A stretch of 64,000 nt of DNA, from NCBI RefSeq assembly GCF_009834535.1, contig NC_045696.1, positions 93,932,001 to 93,996,000 on the forward strand, given 5' to 3'. Made by a program: the position numbers and the translations under genes. How positions within the stretch are numbered: the first letter of the stretch is position 1; each line of letters starts with the position of its first letter. This DNA is from Camelus ferus (Eukaryota). Under the pieces are notes generated by a model that ran no database searches, had not been told where the DNA came from, and saw only the letters and a program-made list of their open reading frames with translations. This document shows, piece by piece, positions 25,667 to 39,500 of this stretch.

Positions 25667-26424
25667 GGTGGGTATGTAGTTTGGTGCAGCCACCATGGAA
25701 AACAGTATGCAGATCCCTTAAAAAACTAGAAATAGAGTTACATATGATCCAGCAATCCCACTCCTGGGCATGTATCCGGAGAAAACTCTAATTTGAAAAG
25801 TTACATGCACCCCAGTGTTCAATAGAAGCACGATTTACAATAGCCAACACGTGGAAGCAACATAAATGTCCATCAACAGATGAATGAATAAAGAAAATCT
25901 GGTGTACATACACACACAGACACACACACACACACACACAATGGAACATTACTCAGCTGTAAAAAGGAATAAAATAATGCCATTCACAGTAACATGGATG
26001 GACTTGGAGATTATCATACTAAGTGAAGTAAGTCTCATAGAGAAAGACAAATATCATATGATGTCACTTATGTGTGTAATCTAAAAAAAAAGATACAAAT
26101 GAACTTATTTACAAAACAGAAACAAACTCAAAACAGACATAGAAAACAAATTTATTGTTACCAGAGAGGAAAGGGGGTGGGGGAGGGATAAAGTAGGCGT
26201 TTGGGATTAGCAGATATAGACTACTATATATTAAACAGATAAACAACAAGGTCCTACTGTATACCATGGGAACTATATCTGATATCTTGTAATAAACTAT
26301 AATGGAAAAGAATCTAAAAAGGAATATATATGTCCCAATCACTTTGCTATGCACCAGAAACTAACACAGCATTATAAATCAACTATACTTCAACAACTAA
26401 TAAACTTAAAAATTAAGAAAAAAA
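25667..26424 (+). mobile_element. L1 3' fragment (ORF2 end plus 3' UTR) inside an older L1
   Basis: gtttggtgcagccaccatggaaaacag...; ORF-track peptide MEHYSAVKRNKIMPFTVTWMDLEIIILSEVS is L1 ORF2-like; A-rich tail; internal (CA)n. Confidence 0.9.
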
Positions 26425-26665
26425 GTAACTGCTACCTATGGCTACCTGGGGGGAGAGGACTGGAGTACGGCAGTGGTGGGGTATGGGTTCTGAATAGAGG
26501 TATACTTGCTCACAAACCTTGTGTACTCATTGATTTATTTTATTATGTGTGCATATTAGTGACTCACAATAAGTTTAAAAGTAATGACTATGATAAATTC
26601 AGTACAAAACTGAAAACTACCCAATTATCTACCAACAGAAGAATGAATTTTTAAATGCATTGTAT

Positions 26666-27218
26666 AGCTAACACATGGAAACAACCTAAATGTCCATCAA
26701 CAGATGACTGGATAAGGAAGTTGTGATACATAAATATAGTGGAATACTACTCAACCATAAAAAAGAATAAAATAATGCCATTTACAGCAACAGTGGATGG
26801 ACCTGGAGATTGTCATTCTAAGTGAAGTAAGACAGAAAGATAAAGAAAAATACCATATGATATCACTTGTATGTAGAACCTAAAAAAAAAAAAGACACAA
26901 ATGAACTTATTTACAAAACAGAAACAGACTCAGATATAGAAAACAGACTTATGGTTACCAGGGAGGAAAGGAGGTAGGGAGGGATAGACTGGGAGTTTGA
27001 GATTTGTAGATACTAACTACTATATATAAAATAGATAAACAACAAGGTCCTAATGTGTAGCACAGGGAACTATACTCAACATCTGGTAGTAACTATAATG
27101 AAAAAGAATATGAAAAGGAATATATGCATGTATATGTATGACTGAAGCATTATGCTGTACACCAGACATTGACACAACATTGTAAACTGACTATACTTCA
27201 ATAAAGAAAAAAAAAAAG
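26666..27218 (+). mobile_element. L1 3' fragment with 12-bp TSD
   Basis: TSD aatgcattgtat at 26654-26665 and 27219-27230; poly(A) tail after actatacttcaataaa. Confidence 0.9.
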
Positions 27219-28844
27219 AATGCATTGTATTTCCACCATGGAATTCTATACAACAATGAAAACGAACAAAGGGCACCTCCAGGCACAATATGGACAAATC
27301 TCACCAACATACAGTGACATAGAGTTTTGTCATGATTTCCCTAGGAGATCAGCAGGTTGTTTCAGTGGACAGACTCTTTTCTAATGACTCAGAAATGCTC
27401 CAGTGCTGGGATAGTTCCATGTAGACAGCCAGCTCCACCTGAAAGCTGAGGTGTCACAGGGGCTAGGTGAGGAGAGATGAGATTGATATAACGTCACTGA
27501 AGGGGTCTGCAGCTGAAGGGAAGACTGTGAAGCCCGGAGACATTCTGACAGTAGCATGAAGTCCCTGACATAGAGATTAGAGGGCAAGTCTGGGGCTGAG
27601 TCTACCAGAACCTCTCCTGGGGTCTGTGCACTGGGGGTCCCCGGCCTGGGTGTGGGTGGAGAGAGTGAGCTGTGTTGCAGTGGAGATTCTCAAGCACTTG
27701 GGTAGAAAGGGGCTGCAGAAACCTGCAATCCCTCAGTCTAGGAGATCCACAGAGGCAGAGGCTCTGGGTGATGTGCTTGGCTCCTTGTCAGCTACCTGGG
27801 GTCATTGTTGCTGCTTTTAGGATTGCTGCTGCCTCTGCCACTGATGGGCTTTGGCCCAGCTGTTCTTGAGGCACCTCTGAACTTGTGCTCAACTCAGGTT
27901 GTGTTTCAGATGCACCTCCCTTTCTTTGTAAGTTGGCCACCTCATCTTCTCTGAGTGTTTCTCTGACTCCTGTTCCTGTCTCCTCCTATAATGGTGTGTC
28001 CCTCGCCCAGCCTTCTTTAGGGACAGCTGTGTGGTCATGTACCTCTTTGTCCATCAGTTTCCTCATCTGTGAGACCAGCTCTTTCCTTCTAGAGCCACGG
28101 GTTCCCGAGGTGCTCTCAACCTTCACCACTGCTATTTCTGCCTGTTGTCATCGGTTTGTTCTGAAGAACCTCCATGAGTCCATTCTACAAACATAAAGAA
28201 TCATGAATTTTAGGGAATTTTTATGAGGGGTGGAGACGGAGTTTGTAGGTGTGAAAAGACAGAATCTCAGCTCCACCATTTTCTAGGTGAGTCTCTGAGC
28301 AAGTCCCTAAATCTCCCTGAACTTTATTTCCTTAAGTGGGGCTAGTAATATCAGACCTGACAGTCACCTAGATCGAACATACATATGGAATTAGAAAGTG
28401 CTTGTGGAAAACACTCTGTAAACTCTATACAAAGGTAACCATTTTATTACTGATTCAAAGGTGCAGAAGTCTCAAAGTCACGTGCACATAGGAATCTCCT
28501 AAGAAGGATCTTCAAAGCACTCATAGTCAGCTCCTACCTGGGCCACCATGGCCTTCCGGTCTCCAGAAGATTTTCATTTTGTGGTCTGGGTCAGTGCCCA
28601 TGAATCTGAATTGTATAAAGTATTCAGGTGAGTTTAATGCAGGTGACTCATTGATCTCATTTTGCTCAAAGAAATATTTAGTATTTCTGGGTGAATAGAG
28701 AGGATATTAATATTGAATATCTAGTTAGGGATGATAAAGGAATTCTCTAGGAAGACTGAAAAGCTTTCTTGAGGCTGTGATAAAGAGAATTTGAACAAGC
28801 AAAAAGAGGAGATTTTCCTGGCTAAAGCTCTAACGTGTATGCAT

Positions 28845-28888
28845 TTATTTTATATATATATATGTATTATTTTATATATATATATATA
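28845..28888. repeat. Interrupted (TA)n microsatellite
   Basis: Two ttatttta(ta)n units. Confidence 0.85.
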
Positions 28889-29814
28889 ATGAACTAATTG
28901 TTCATATTCCTTTTGTATTTTTATGTTGGGTGGTTAATCCTTTTCTTGCTGAATATGAGCTCCTTGCATAACTAGAAAAATAGTCCTTTGCTGATCATAT
29001 GTTTTACAAATGTTTCTCTAGTTTGTCTCTTTTGGCTGTTTGTGTGCTCATTGCTTTACTGATCTGAATAAAATATTTCAGTATCTTCTTTTATGTCACA
29101 ATTAAAAAGGCCTATCCCATTCTATGATTTTAAAAACTACCCATGTCTTATTCTGGGACAGTTATGGCCAGAGGGCATGTCTTACAGTATAGGTGTTTTG
29201 GCGCTAGTCAGGGGGACTGCAACAAATATAGTTTCTTTCCTTTCTTTCTTCTTCCTATAAAATTCTTAAAATGAGTTAGGACTTTCCTTCTTTTTCAATC
29301 TTCTGAGACAGTTTAAATAGCACAAGACACTTACCTGTTTTTTGAAAGCTGGAAAAGTAAATGATGAAACTGCTTGAATCAGACTTTTTGGAGGGTAATT
29401 TTTTTAATTGATAAAATGCATTTTTGGGGGGTTATTTTTATATATTCCTTTTAGGGTTTTTCAATTATTTGGATTTTATAGCTTTTCTTGAGTCAGTTTT
29501 TGGTTTTGTATTTTCCTAGATTCATTTAATTCTTACTGTCTTAACTGCCTCTATTTCTAATATCAGTTATATTTTCTGTTCCATTTTTTAATATTTTGCA
29601 TTTTTGCATTATTATTTCCTTAACATTTCCATATAAGGTTGTCTGTTTAAATTTGGCATTGTCTTCCAAATGCTTCTCAAGTTTATTTATAAATCCTACT
29701 GACTCTCTCTTTTCTAATTTATTGATTTCTCTTTTTATCTTTAATGTCTTTGTTTTTCTTTTATTTGTTTTGTTCTTTTTCTAATTTCTTGGACTGAACA
29801 GTTTGTTCACACCG

Positions 29815-30676
29815 TGTATCAGTCTGGATTCAATCAGGAGACATAAAGCAAATAATAATTTACACAGGGAAAGTTTAGTATAAAGAATTATTAACCACAA
29901 CAAAGGATGAAATTACTTATGGATTGTCTAGTAACAAGTAAAGAGGACTCTAAAGAATACAGGAATAGCAAATATAAGGAGCAGCCCCCACCCCTGGGGT
30001 TAAGATGGACACCTAAGCAAGAACGGGGTGGTGGCAGTGGGGTGCTGAGACCCAGATCTTGTTGAAGAGGGTGCCACCTTGGCTCACTGGATGGCAGGAA
30101 GTCATTGTATTGCTGTGCTGGTGAAACTTGTTAGAAATCTGTCCTCTGAAACTTGTAAAAATTCAGGGAAAGCTATTCACAGGGAGGTGTGGAGGCACGC
30201 TGCTGCAGAACCACCCAAGGTGGGTGCTATGGCAAGCTCCTGGCCATGGGGAACTGCTAGCAGTTGCACACCCCAGGAGAAGAACACTGGGTAGAGAAGC
30301 TGCCAGCACTGCAGGACGCAGAAGAGCTCCTCTACAAAACCTGAAAGGGAGGGTGTGGGGGAGGTGGGGAGTAGATGACCTCTGGGTGCTGCTAAGCTGC
30401 CATGCACTGCAGAAGCTGAGGCCTCAAGACACTACGTGCTGCTGGAGACTGGGGCTGAAGAAAGCCACCCACTTACACTGCAGGAGCCTGCCTAACAAGG
30501 ATGCCAGAACCAGGAACCAAAACTCCTTCTGCAATGTTTCTACAGCACTCTATATTGATACAACTTCAGTGCCAGCTAGCAAAGAAAAAATATTTAAAGG
30601 GCCCTGGTCCGTTCTCACAGAGCGGTCTAAAAGGGTGAATCTGGAGATAAGAGGCAATCAATAGGTAACCAGCACA
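29815..30676. mobile_element. Old ERVL/MaLR-class LTR
   Basis: Begins tgtatcagtctggattcaatcagg and ends gtaaccagcaca (TG...CA); composition differs from the flanking AT-rich L1 debris. Family not pinned down. Confidence 0.55.
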
Positions 30677-30805
30677 CATGTTTTCATTCAATTCTAATTG
30701 AAAAATAAAAACATTGAAAGACATGCATTTTGTTCCAAGCATACTTTCATAAATTCAAATTTTGTGTTGTCATGTTTGTTTGTTACTACTGTTTTCTAAT
30801 TAGTC

Positions 30806-31437
30806 TGTTATTTAAACCATATAAAAGCACCTGTGATTCTCTCCTTTGAAGTAAAAGGCTTTTGCTTTGGTCTCCCAGGCCTCCCCTGAGTCGCAAAAGG
30901 CTGGCTCAAGAGTTAATCATTAGGAAATGTGAAGATGTCGCAACAAAGAGTAACTGTTGGGCAGGGAAACTGGTAACAATTTAGATTATAAATCAGCCAG
31001 GCAGCAGAGTCAGTGAACTCCCAGTTCTCTGAAAGATACAGATAAAGGTCTGAGACACATTCCTAAATTGTTTTTGCAGGAAGCAGACCCCCACCAAATG
31101 AAAACTGCTGACTGCAAGCACGTAGACCCCAGACTGCTTGGAACTAGAAGATTGAGGATGCTCTAAGCTTCACCTTGATGCCAACCAATCTAAGAATTGA
31201 GCACAAACTAATCACCTACCCCACTCCACGACCCCCTCCCTCACACTGCCTTTAGAAACTTTTACCTGAAAGCCATCAGGGAGTTCCAGGAGTCCAGGTC
31301 TTTTAAGCACTAACTGCCTGTTCTCCTTGCTTGGCACCCTGCAATAAACACTACTACTTTTCTTTATCACAACAGGTGTCAGCAGATGGGCTTTGCTGTG
31401 TATTGGGCAAGCTGACCCCTACCTAGGCTCCATAGCA
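30806..31437 (+). mobile_element. ERV solo LTR (~630 bp)
   Basis: TGTTA...TAGCA termini, CCAAT near 31186, AATAAA at 31343-31348 followed by U5-like sequence. No convincing TSD. Confidence 0.75.
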
Positions 31438-33019
31438 TTATCAAAGCTTTCAATTTCTGACTCAATAGTTACAGAAATAGTCTATTTTTAGCTTATAGAT
31501 GAACTTCTATTTCTTGTTTATGTATTTCTTTGCTTTACAAATATTTACTTTTATTATATTGTAGTCAAAGAACATCCCTTTACTAGTTGTACTATTTGAG
31601 ATCTATGAAGGCTTTCTTTACAACATTTTGTAAATGCTCCATAGATTTTTGAAAAGAATATATAATGTCTATGTGACAAAAAGCTCAATACATATACTAA
31701 TCAAGCTTTTAATTATATAATGTTCCTTATATTTGTTAACTTAGTCTATAGAAAACTGACAGAGATAGGTTAATGTCTCTGATTTTTTTCAATTTGCTAT
31801 TACAATTTCACACAAATTTTACTTTATTTTTATGCTAAGTTTTTTTGGCCTATAAACATGCATTAATGGAGTTTGGAAGAGCATATCCAATTTTTATCAT
31901 ATCATATCATATTTACCTATATGCCTGGCACATAGTAGGTATTTAATAAATACATATTTAATGATGGCCTTAAATTAAAAAAATCAGTTTTAGATGGTAA
32001 TTATTTATTAGCATCAATATCATGTCACTTACATTGCTTGGAATAGGCCTTAAAATATGTTTACCAGAAAAAAAAGTGTATGGAAGAGATGATACAAGAC
32101 TGGCAAAAAAGTTGATAATTACTTAAGTTGGATGATGATAACATGAGAGTTAATAGTATTATTCTTTTTAAAATTTATGTTTGGAATTTTCCATAGTAAA
32201 AATTTAAAAATTATGTACATATAATTACTTATTCATCCTGTCCCTTGTAGAATTAAAAAAAAATTTCTTTCTTCTAGTGGTTTTTTTTGTTTGTTTTTTT
32301 AGAGTCAGAAGGTCCTTAATAAAAATGTGAGGCTTAGGCTACATTTGTCATGTAAGCTGATATCCAGTATTCTCCAATATTCATCCAATATCCTCCATTG
32401 TATTTAATCTTAAAATATTTATTTAAAATGGTTTTTTTCATTAAAAGTCTTTGACTGTCTGAATGCATTACCTTTAAAGAGCACTTACAATGTATGAATC
32501 AGTGCAATGAAGGTGATACATGTGTTAACTTCTTAATTCTTTACAAATCTATGAGGTGATTCAAACACTGATATTTATTGTCATTGTAAAGAAGAAGAAA
32601 ATTTAACACAGAGAGACTGAGTTGTCTAAATTCACACTTTTGCTAGTAGCAGAATGGAGATTTTAACCTGGGTAGGCTGTTAATAAAGATAATGCATTTA
32701 ACTACTGTATCATACCAATGCAACCGGTAAGCTGTGTGTTTCAAATAATGTAAATCTATAATTAGTTTTCATACCTTGTCATTTTACTTTTGATCAGGTT
32801 ATTATTATTTATAATTATAATAAAACTGATTTTCATATTATCTCTTTAAAGAATTTGTATAATTTTATGATATTTGCAGACCATATCAATAACTATTTAG
32901 ACATTTCTAAGTAGTATTGTAGAGGGTATCTGGAGTTCAAACATGGCTGAGCTGGTTATGTCAGAGGCTGTGTGCAGTGTTCAGTTCTGCCACAGTGGTT
33001 TCTACTCTATGAATACATG

Positions 33020-33300
33020 TGACAAGGAACTATGGGCAGCCTTTGGTTAATAGCTAGTGAGGGGCTGAGGGTCTCAGTTCGATTACTCACCGTGAACCAA
33101 ATCTTGCCAATACCTGAGTGCACTTGGTAATCAGTCCACACCCAGTCAAGCCTTAAAATGATTATAGTCCTGGCTGACACCTTGATGGCAGCCCCATGGA
33201 AGACTCAGCCAGAGAACACAGCTAAGCTATGACCCAACAGAGACTGGGAGATACTAAATGTTGTTTGAAACCACCAAATTTGAAGAAATTAGTTCAAAGT
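33020..33300 (+). mobile_element. MLT1 (MaLR) LTR fragment
   Basis: gtcctggctgacaccttgatggcagcc...gagactgggagatactaaatgttgtttgaaaccacc, MLT1 hallmarks. Confidence 0.7.
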
Positions 33301-33807
33301 AACGAATGCAGTTTACTTCATCACACTCAGTGGCACATACATACACAGGCACATACACACACACACACACACCAAATTTGCTTACCTTTAATATACGCTA
33401 GATTTTTTATATTGATATTCTATTCTGTTCTGTTAGACTCAAAAATAAATGCTGCTTACACCTACTAAATGGCTTTCATGATTGACTGTGCATGTTTGAA
33501 AAACATGACTGTAAACTAACTTTCTTTTTTTCTGTATTTCCTTCTTCCTTCATTCCTTCTTGCCCTGCTTCCTTCCTTTTTTCCCCCAGATTCTTCTGAA
33601 TCCAATCTGTTTCCTTTTTTCTTTTTCCTGAGAGAAGTAACCTGGTTTTTTTTTTTCACCTGAGTGCTCTTAGAAAATTTTTTCCTTTATCCCTGAAAGT
33701 AATTTAATTTTCCAGGAATTTTTATGTCCTTCCAGTTTGAAAAGTGACATGTTTTCTGGGTTCACGGATATTTTCTCCTGTTTATTCAATTAAAACTCAA
33801 GTTTGCT

Positions 33808-33995
33808 GTGTTTAAAACAGGTAAACAACAAGGTCCTACTGTATTGCACAAGGAACTATATTTAATATCTTGTAATAGATATAATGGAAAAGAATGAAAA
33901 AAGTATGTATGACTGAATCACTTTGTCATACACCTGAAACATTGTAAATCAACTATACTTCAGTAAAAGAAATTTAAAATATTAAGAAAATAAAA
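33808..33995 (+). mobile_element. Short L1 3' end
   Basis: aacaacaaggtcctactgtattgcacaaggaactatattt...caactatacttcagtaaaa plus A-rich tail. Confidence 0.8.
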
Positions 33996-34544
33996 ACAGA
34001 GAATTTGCTTTTCATCTGTTGCTTTTTCATATGAAAACTTCTTCTGACCTCAGAATGTACTCATTTAATAGAAACAATGTCCTTTTGACATTTATAGAGA
34101 CTACGAATTAGAAATTTTTTAGAAAAAGTTTAGTTTCTTGAAGTAAATAGGTGATATTTGTTATGATTCCTCAGATTAATCCTTTTCCTTTGGACTTTTG
34201 GTCCTTTTATTTGAATACTGATTTTTTTCTATGCATATTTAGAGTCCAGGATTAGAATTTGCCAATTAGAAAAAAAATTGTCATCTTAAATCTTTCATTA
34301 CATAATAATAATAAAGAAAAATTCCATTTTCTGTAGCTTTAAGTTCTAGATTGGGGATTCAGTTGACTCTACAGATGGAGCCTCTGGGAAGTAGTTCCTG
34401 ACAAAGCTGTTACTTCTTAGCCACAATTTACTGCATTTCTGCCATCTGGAGTCCAGGGTCAGTAACTGTGAAGCTCGACTGTTACCACATTGAGTGCATG
34501 AGCACAGTGGGTGAGTAAGTTATAACCAGGCCTTAAGATTGATC

Positions 34545-34872
34545 ACAGACTAATAAGTCTACAGAGGCCAAGAGGTAACTTACCTGTACAGAATAGCCCA
34601 GAGAGATCTGCGGGAGCACAGACAATGCATACCTTGTCAGAAAGGAGCAGCTGCTACTCAGCTTCAGTCTACCGTTGCCACATGGGAATGTGGGCTCAGT
34701 GCTGCCAGAGTGTCTGATTCAAGAGAAGCCAGAAATCCAGATTTTTCAAATGAAAAATCTTCCAATTATTTAAACCTCAGCAACTAGTTTGAAATTTTAA
34801 AAATATTCTGTGCACCAACAATGTGTGGTCCTAACAGAACCCATCTGTGGTCTGCCAGTTTGTGACCTCTGC
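34545..34872. mobile_element. MER102-like hAT-Charlie DNA transposon
   Basis: ctgctactcagcttcag...gttgccacatgggaatgtgggctcagtgctgccagag...aagagaagccagaaatccagattttt; related fragments near 8160-8450 and 48560-48870. Confidence 0.65.
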
Positions 34873-35100
34873 ACTAAGAGTTGTTTCAGAGGAGGCCAGA
34901 CATTTAGAGAGGGTGGTAAATTGAGGCTGAATCACTAACAGCCTGGATTAATTTTATGAAATGCTGAAAAGCTTCACTGTCCCATAGTGATTGTTTTGGG
35001 ACACACAGAGAAGCCTTATAAAGGCATTGCATGGTCATCATGATTGTGTCTTTGGTATCTGTTCTGCTTCTCCCCTGCTAATGTAATAACCATAAGGTTT

Positions 35101-35531
35101 TGTTACTGAGTTCAAGCTTGTACTGCTTGCTGCATGACAAACCAATAAATTGAGAGAGACAAGTTGTTGGGGCAAGGAATAGCTACTTTATTTGGGGAGC
35201 CAGTAGACTGAGAAAATGGTGGACTAGTGTCCCAAAGAACCATCTTCCTTGAGTTAGAATTCAGACTTCTTTTATACTAAAAGGGGAGGGGGTGAAGTCC
35301 TGGTTCTAGCCAGACTCCAGAGGGTTGTGTTTATTTCTTCCTCCCTGCAACCTTTCACAGGTGGGCCTGGTCAGGATGTTTCCTATGAACTAAACTAAGG
35401 TGTTTTAGTTTAATGTTCATTACCTGGGAGGCAAGGTTCCCAGAGATGGGCCATTATATAATTTAAGCTTACTGGCAACATCCCTTTAGTGATTATCTTG
35501 GAATAAAATACAAACTTTCTTCTCCATTACA
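35101..35531 (-). mobile_element. ERV1-class solo LTR (431 bp) with 4-bp TSD
   Basis: Minus strand TGTAATG...GTAACA termini; TSD gttt at 35097-35100 and 35532-35535; TATAAAAG at 35276-35269; AATAAA at 35192-35187. Confidence 0.85.
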
Positions 35532-36032
35532 GTTTGGGGATATTGATCTTTTCTCTACTTCTGATGCACTATACCCCTGCCCACATCAACAAACAGTAAC
35601 TCAGGCCTGAGCCAACCAGCAAACAACATTTTCTAGACATGGTTCAGACCACAGTGACTTTACTGGATGAAGTTTACTGATTTTAGGGCTCAAAGAGGCC
35701 CTGGAGCCTAACCAGTCCAGCCTACTCATTTTCAGATGAGGAAATGAGCTCTAAAGAGGTGGTATGATTTGGCCAAGGATCTGTAGATGTCTAGAGGTAG
35801 AATGGAGACCATAACCAGTCTCCTCACTCCAACTGCTGCATTTAAATTCATTGCGTTATCTTTAAGAACAAACAACTTTCTTAGAGGTATTTGGCACTGA
35901 TAACTGTTATTATTTACATACTTTTATAACTTGACCTAACTTCCACCCTATTACCATATATTTCATTCACATAATACACCTTCCTCTTCTGAACTCAAGA
36001 TAGTATGTTGTTAATACCACTTGTCTTACAAC

Positions 36033-36570
36033 TGTGTCAATCAAGACTCTCAGTTACTAGAGGCAAAAAGCCAAGTACACTTGTCTTACCCAAAACAACT
36101 CCTTCTTTTTTAACTCAGAAGTCCATTGGTGGCACTGAGTTAAGGCACTGCTGGATGCAGGGGCTCAATGATGTCACCTGGTTGTCTCTGCTTCTCTTAG
36201 CGTGCTGGCTTTTTTCGCTTCTAGAGTCAACAGCTTCCTCTACGCAGCTGGGAAGGTGGCTGCCAGCAGCATCAGGTTCACCTAATCATAATTTAGTAGC
36301 CACGTGGAGAGAAGTCCCTTCTCTGAAAAGTTGAATCGCAGTCTCAGAGGGAGTCTCTGATTGGTCCTTCTTGTGCCCAGTGTCTGTCCTGGGGACCAAT
36401 TTCTGTGTCCAGAAGAATATGTGACTATTTTATAGATCCAGATTGGATCTTGTTTCCACCTCTGCCAGGGGGAAGGATGAGGTACTGAGATGGAAACCTT
36501 CATTAGGACATACAGTTGGGGAGGTGGTCCCTGAAAGAAAGGAATGGGAAAGGAGGAGAAAGCTGTTAAA
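36033..36570 (-). mobile_element. MLT1 (MaLR) LTR, old
   Basis: tgtgtcaatcaagactctcagttactagaggcaaaaagcc...aggcactgctggatgcaggggctcaatgatgtc; similar copies at about 38165-38650 and 53170-53490. Confidence 0.6.
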
Positions 36571-39500
36571 AGGAAAATAGGGATGGGCAAGAGAATTGGA
36601 TACTTATAAGTAACAGCTATCAGAGTCCAATAAAGCAATTAAGCAACCAGTGCTGTTGCACCCCAGTATGATTGTGTTTTGGAAATAAAATAAGGATCCT
36701 GCTCAGTTCCTGTGCATTCAATGGATAGGCTTGGTTGAGGTCCAGGAGAGTGTCCCCAGTGATGGGAGGAATGGTTGTTTATGTGAGGCAACAGAATCCT
36801 CTCGGGAGAGACATAAAGTTGTATCAAGGGCAGGAGTGAGATGGGGTGAAGAGGGGTGGAGATGGGGCTGGGAATGCTTTGATGAGTTTTGCACAAGGCC
36901 AGCCTAGCTGGTCTTACCATGACAGCAGTAACTTGTCCTACAAATGAGCTTTTAAGTTATTAGAAAACTCCTGATGAATAATATTTTTTAAAGAGAGGCC
37001 AGACTTGAGTAATTGCTGGGGGAAAGTATAAACTGGTTTAAATGTTCTGAAGTTTACAGTATGTGTGCCCTTTGACTCAGCTGTTCCCCTTCTCAGAATT
37101 TATCCTAAGGAAATATTTATACATGGAGATTATGCTTTAAGCTGTTAATTGCTGTTATAAGTTGCAAAAAGATGGAAACAACCTAAATATCTCACAATAT
37201 AAGATTGAGTAACCAAAGAAATCATTACAAATACAAAGGAATGCATTGCAGCCATTTAAAATGCTGTTGTAAAAGAGCATTTAAATAAATGGAAATCTGT
37301 TCATAATATAACGTTACATGGAAAAACAGCTTCCAAAATGATTTAATATGAACTAACTTGTATTATACTCTACACCAGACAGTTATATAATATGATTTAC
37401 CTTTGCAATTTTATGTAGTGGGCATTATCATTTTCTCCGTATTACTTAACTTCTCCAAACTTCCTTATCTATAAATGGCATATTGTTGAGACAGCTGGAA
37501 GCCAGATGCTTGGATTTAGAGCTGGCCCTGTTACTGTCTATGTGACTTGGGACAAATTACTTTTTCATTACAACCTACATTTTAAGATATGCTTTATATT
37601 ACAAATTAGTACTCATTGCACACACAGACACAATATAAATGGAAAAATTTGCAAACAAATACTTATTCTTACTACCTTGGATGTATTCTGATATTTTCTT
37701 CTCTGTGTAATTCCATTCTGATCTACTTTATTCTATTCCATTTTATTTTGTTATAATGATGGTTACAGCCCACACAGCCTGATGGGATCTAATGGTACCA
37801 TGCCTTGTACTCAGTGGATGCTCAGTCAATGGCAGCTATTATTCTTGCTAGTAGTAGTAGTAGTATTGAGATTGTGAGAGGAGGTGGTTAAAGGCAGTGT
37901 CCTTCAAAAACAGTAGGGAAATGGTAGAATCAACTTATTTGGGTCTTACCATATGCCTCAGAGTGTGAAAGTAGTCCATAAACACAAAGCAAATTGCCAC
38001 AATTATTATAAACGTAACAGATCTAAGAAAGCAGGTGGGTTTATCCTCTACTTAATAAACTCCATTGTCAATGGTGGCAGTAAAACTGGAAATTTGGTCT
38101 GTGGAGTTAGCCAATATGAAAAGAAGGGTTCAGAAGACTAGATTGGCTGACAAACTTCAGGGATATTAGGACTCTTTCAGTCGCAGATGATACAAATCAA
38201 AACCAAAATAAAAGAAAAAAGAATTTATTGGCTCACATGTGGAGAGATTCAGTGGTAAATCTTCAGACTTCAGACTGTTGGATCCAGGTGCTCAACAGAG
38301 TCCTCAGAAAACTTCTTTTCTATCTTTAGGTTATACTTTACTATACTGGCTCCTCTCTCAGCCAAGTATTTCTTTAATGGTGGCCTCTGGCAACTGAAGC
38401 TCTAAGTCTGAAAGAAAGAGAAAGTCTCTCCTGCCAAGTTCCGATAAAAGTCTTGGGCCTGGCTCTCTTCGACTCATGTTGTGTTCCATCTTGGACTCAA
38501 CTGCTCCAGCCAGGGGGTTAAGTTGTTGTGACTGGCCTGAATCCCAGAGCCATATGGACTGAATGAGAAATAAGTGGGTTGCCAAAGGAAATCAGGGTGC
38601 TGCTACCAGTAGTAGGGAGAAAAGATGTGGGAGTACAAAAAAATGCCTACTATAGTTAGAAGATCAGAAACAGACAGAGGGTCCCAGAAACCCACATAAA
38701 GTGAGTGGTCATAAGGGGTTAAAATTCAGACATGAGTCACAGACAAATGTCTGAGCAGCAATAATGAAAAAATTCAGAACCCAGTAATCCTTACATGCTT
38801 GCCCACTTACGATGTGCAGAGATCTGATCAGGAGCATCTTACTGAGGTAAGGAGGGAAGAAGGGATCTAGAGCAAGGAAACTGCATTGAACCAATGAGTA
38901 TTATCTCATTTAATTAAACAAAAATTGGTCCTTGGGCAACCCTGGGGTGGATGGTGGTATTTCCAGATATATGCAAGAGAAAACTGAGGTCATACAATTA
39001 GAAAGTGATGGAGTCAGTATTTCAACTCACCTCTGTCTGGCCCAAAGCCCACACTCATTATTCCTGCCTGAAATTTTCTTCCATTCTATTCCTGACTGAA
39101 TTCCCACTCACGCTTAAGCCTATCAAGATCTATCACACATCTCTGGGCTCCCATTACACTCAACTCACAGCCCTGCAGAATCTCCTAACGTGATACTGTT
39201 ATTAGTTGTCAATAAACTTGTGAATGGTCTCTAAGCTTCTTTGATCATGCACTTCTAATGGTCAAAACTTTGGGGGCAGCCTCCTCTATATGTATTTTTA
39301 TTTATACACATATGTGTTTATAATAGAAATATACTTATTACATGCCTATAATACTGTTAGTATTAACATTCAATAGTGAGCCCCTTGAGGGCAATGGCTA
39401 TCCTGTCACTTTTTCCAATGCTTACTTAGCACAGTACCTGATATATGCTATGGTGACAGGGTCCTCAAATAAAAATTTTTGAACACATACTGTTGCACAC

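Noticed and set aside
30128..30664. 178-aa ORF
   Set aside because: Lies wholly inside an LTR, has a non-ATG start and shows no recognisable domain.
36843..36872. Canonical G-quadruplex motif (GGGG-N6-GGGG-N7-GGGG-N2-GGG)
   Set aside because: Such motifs are very common and nothing in the context supports a function.
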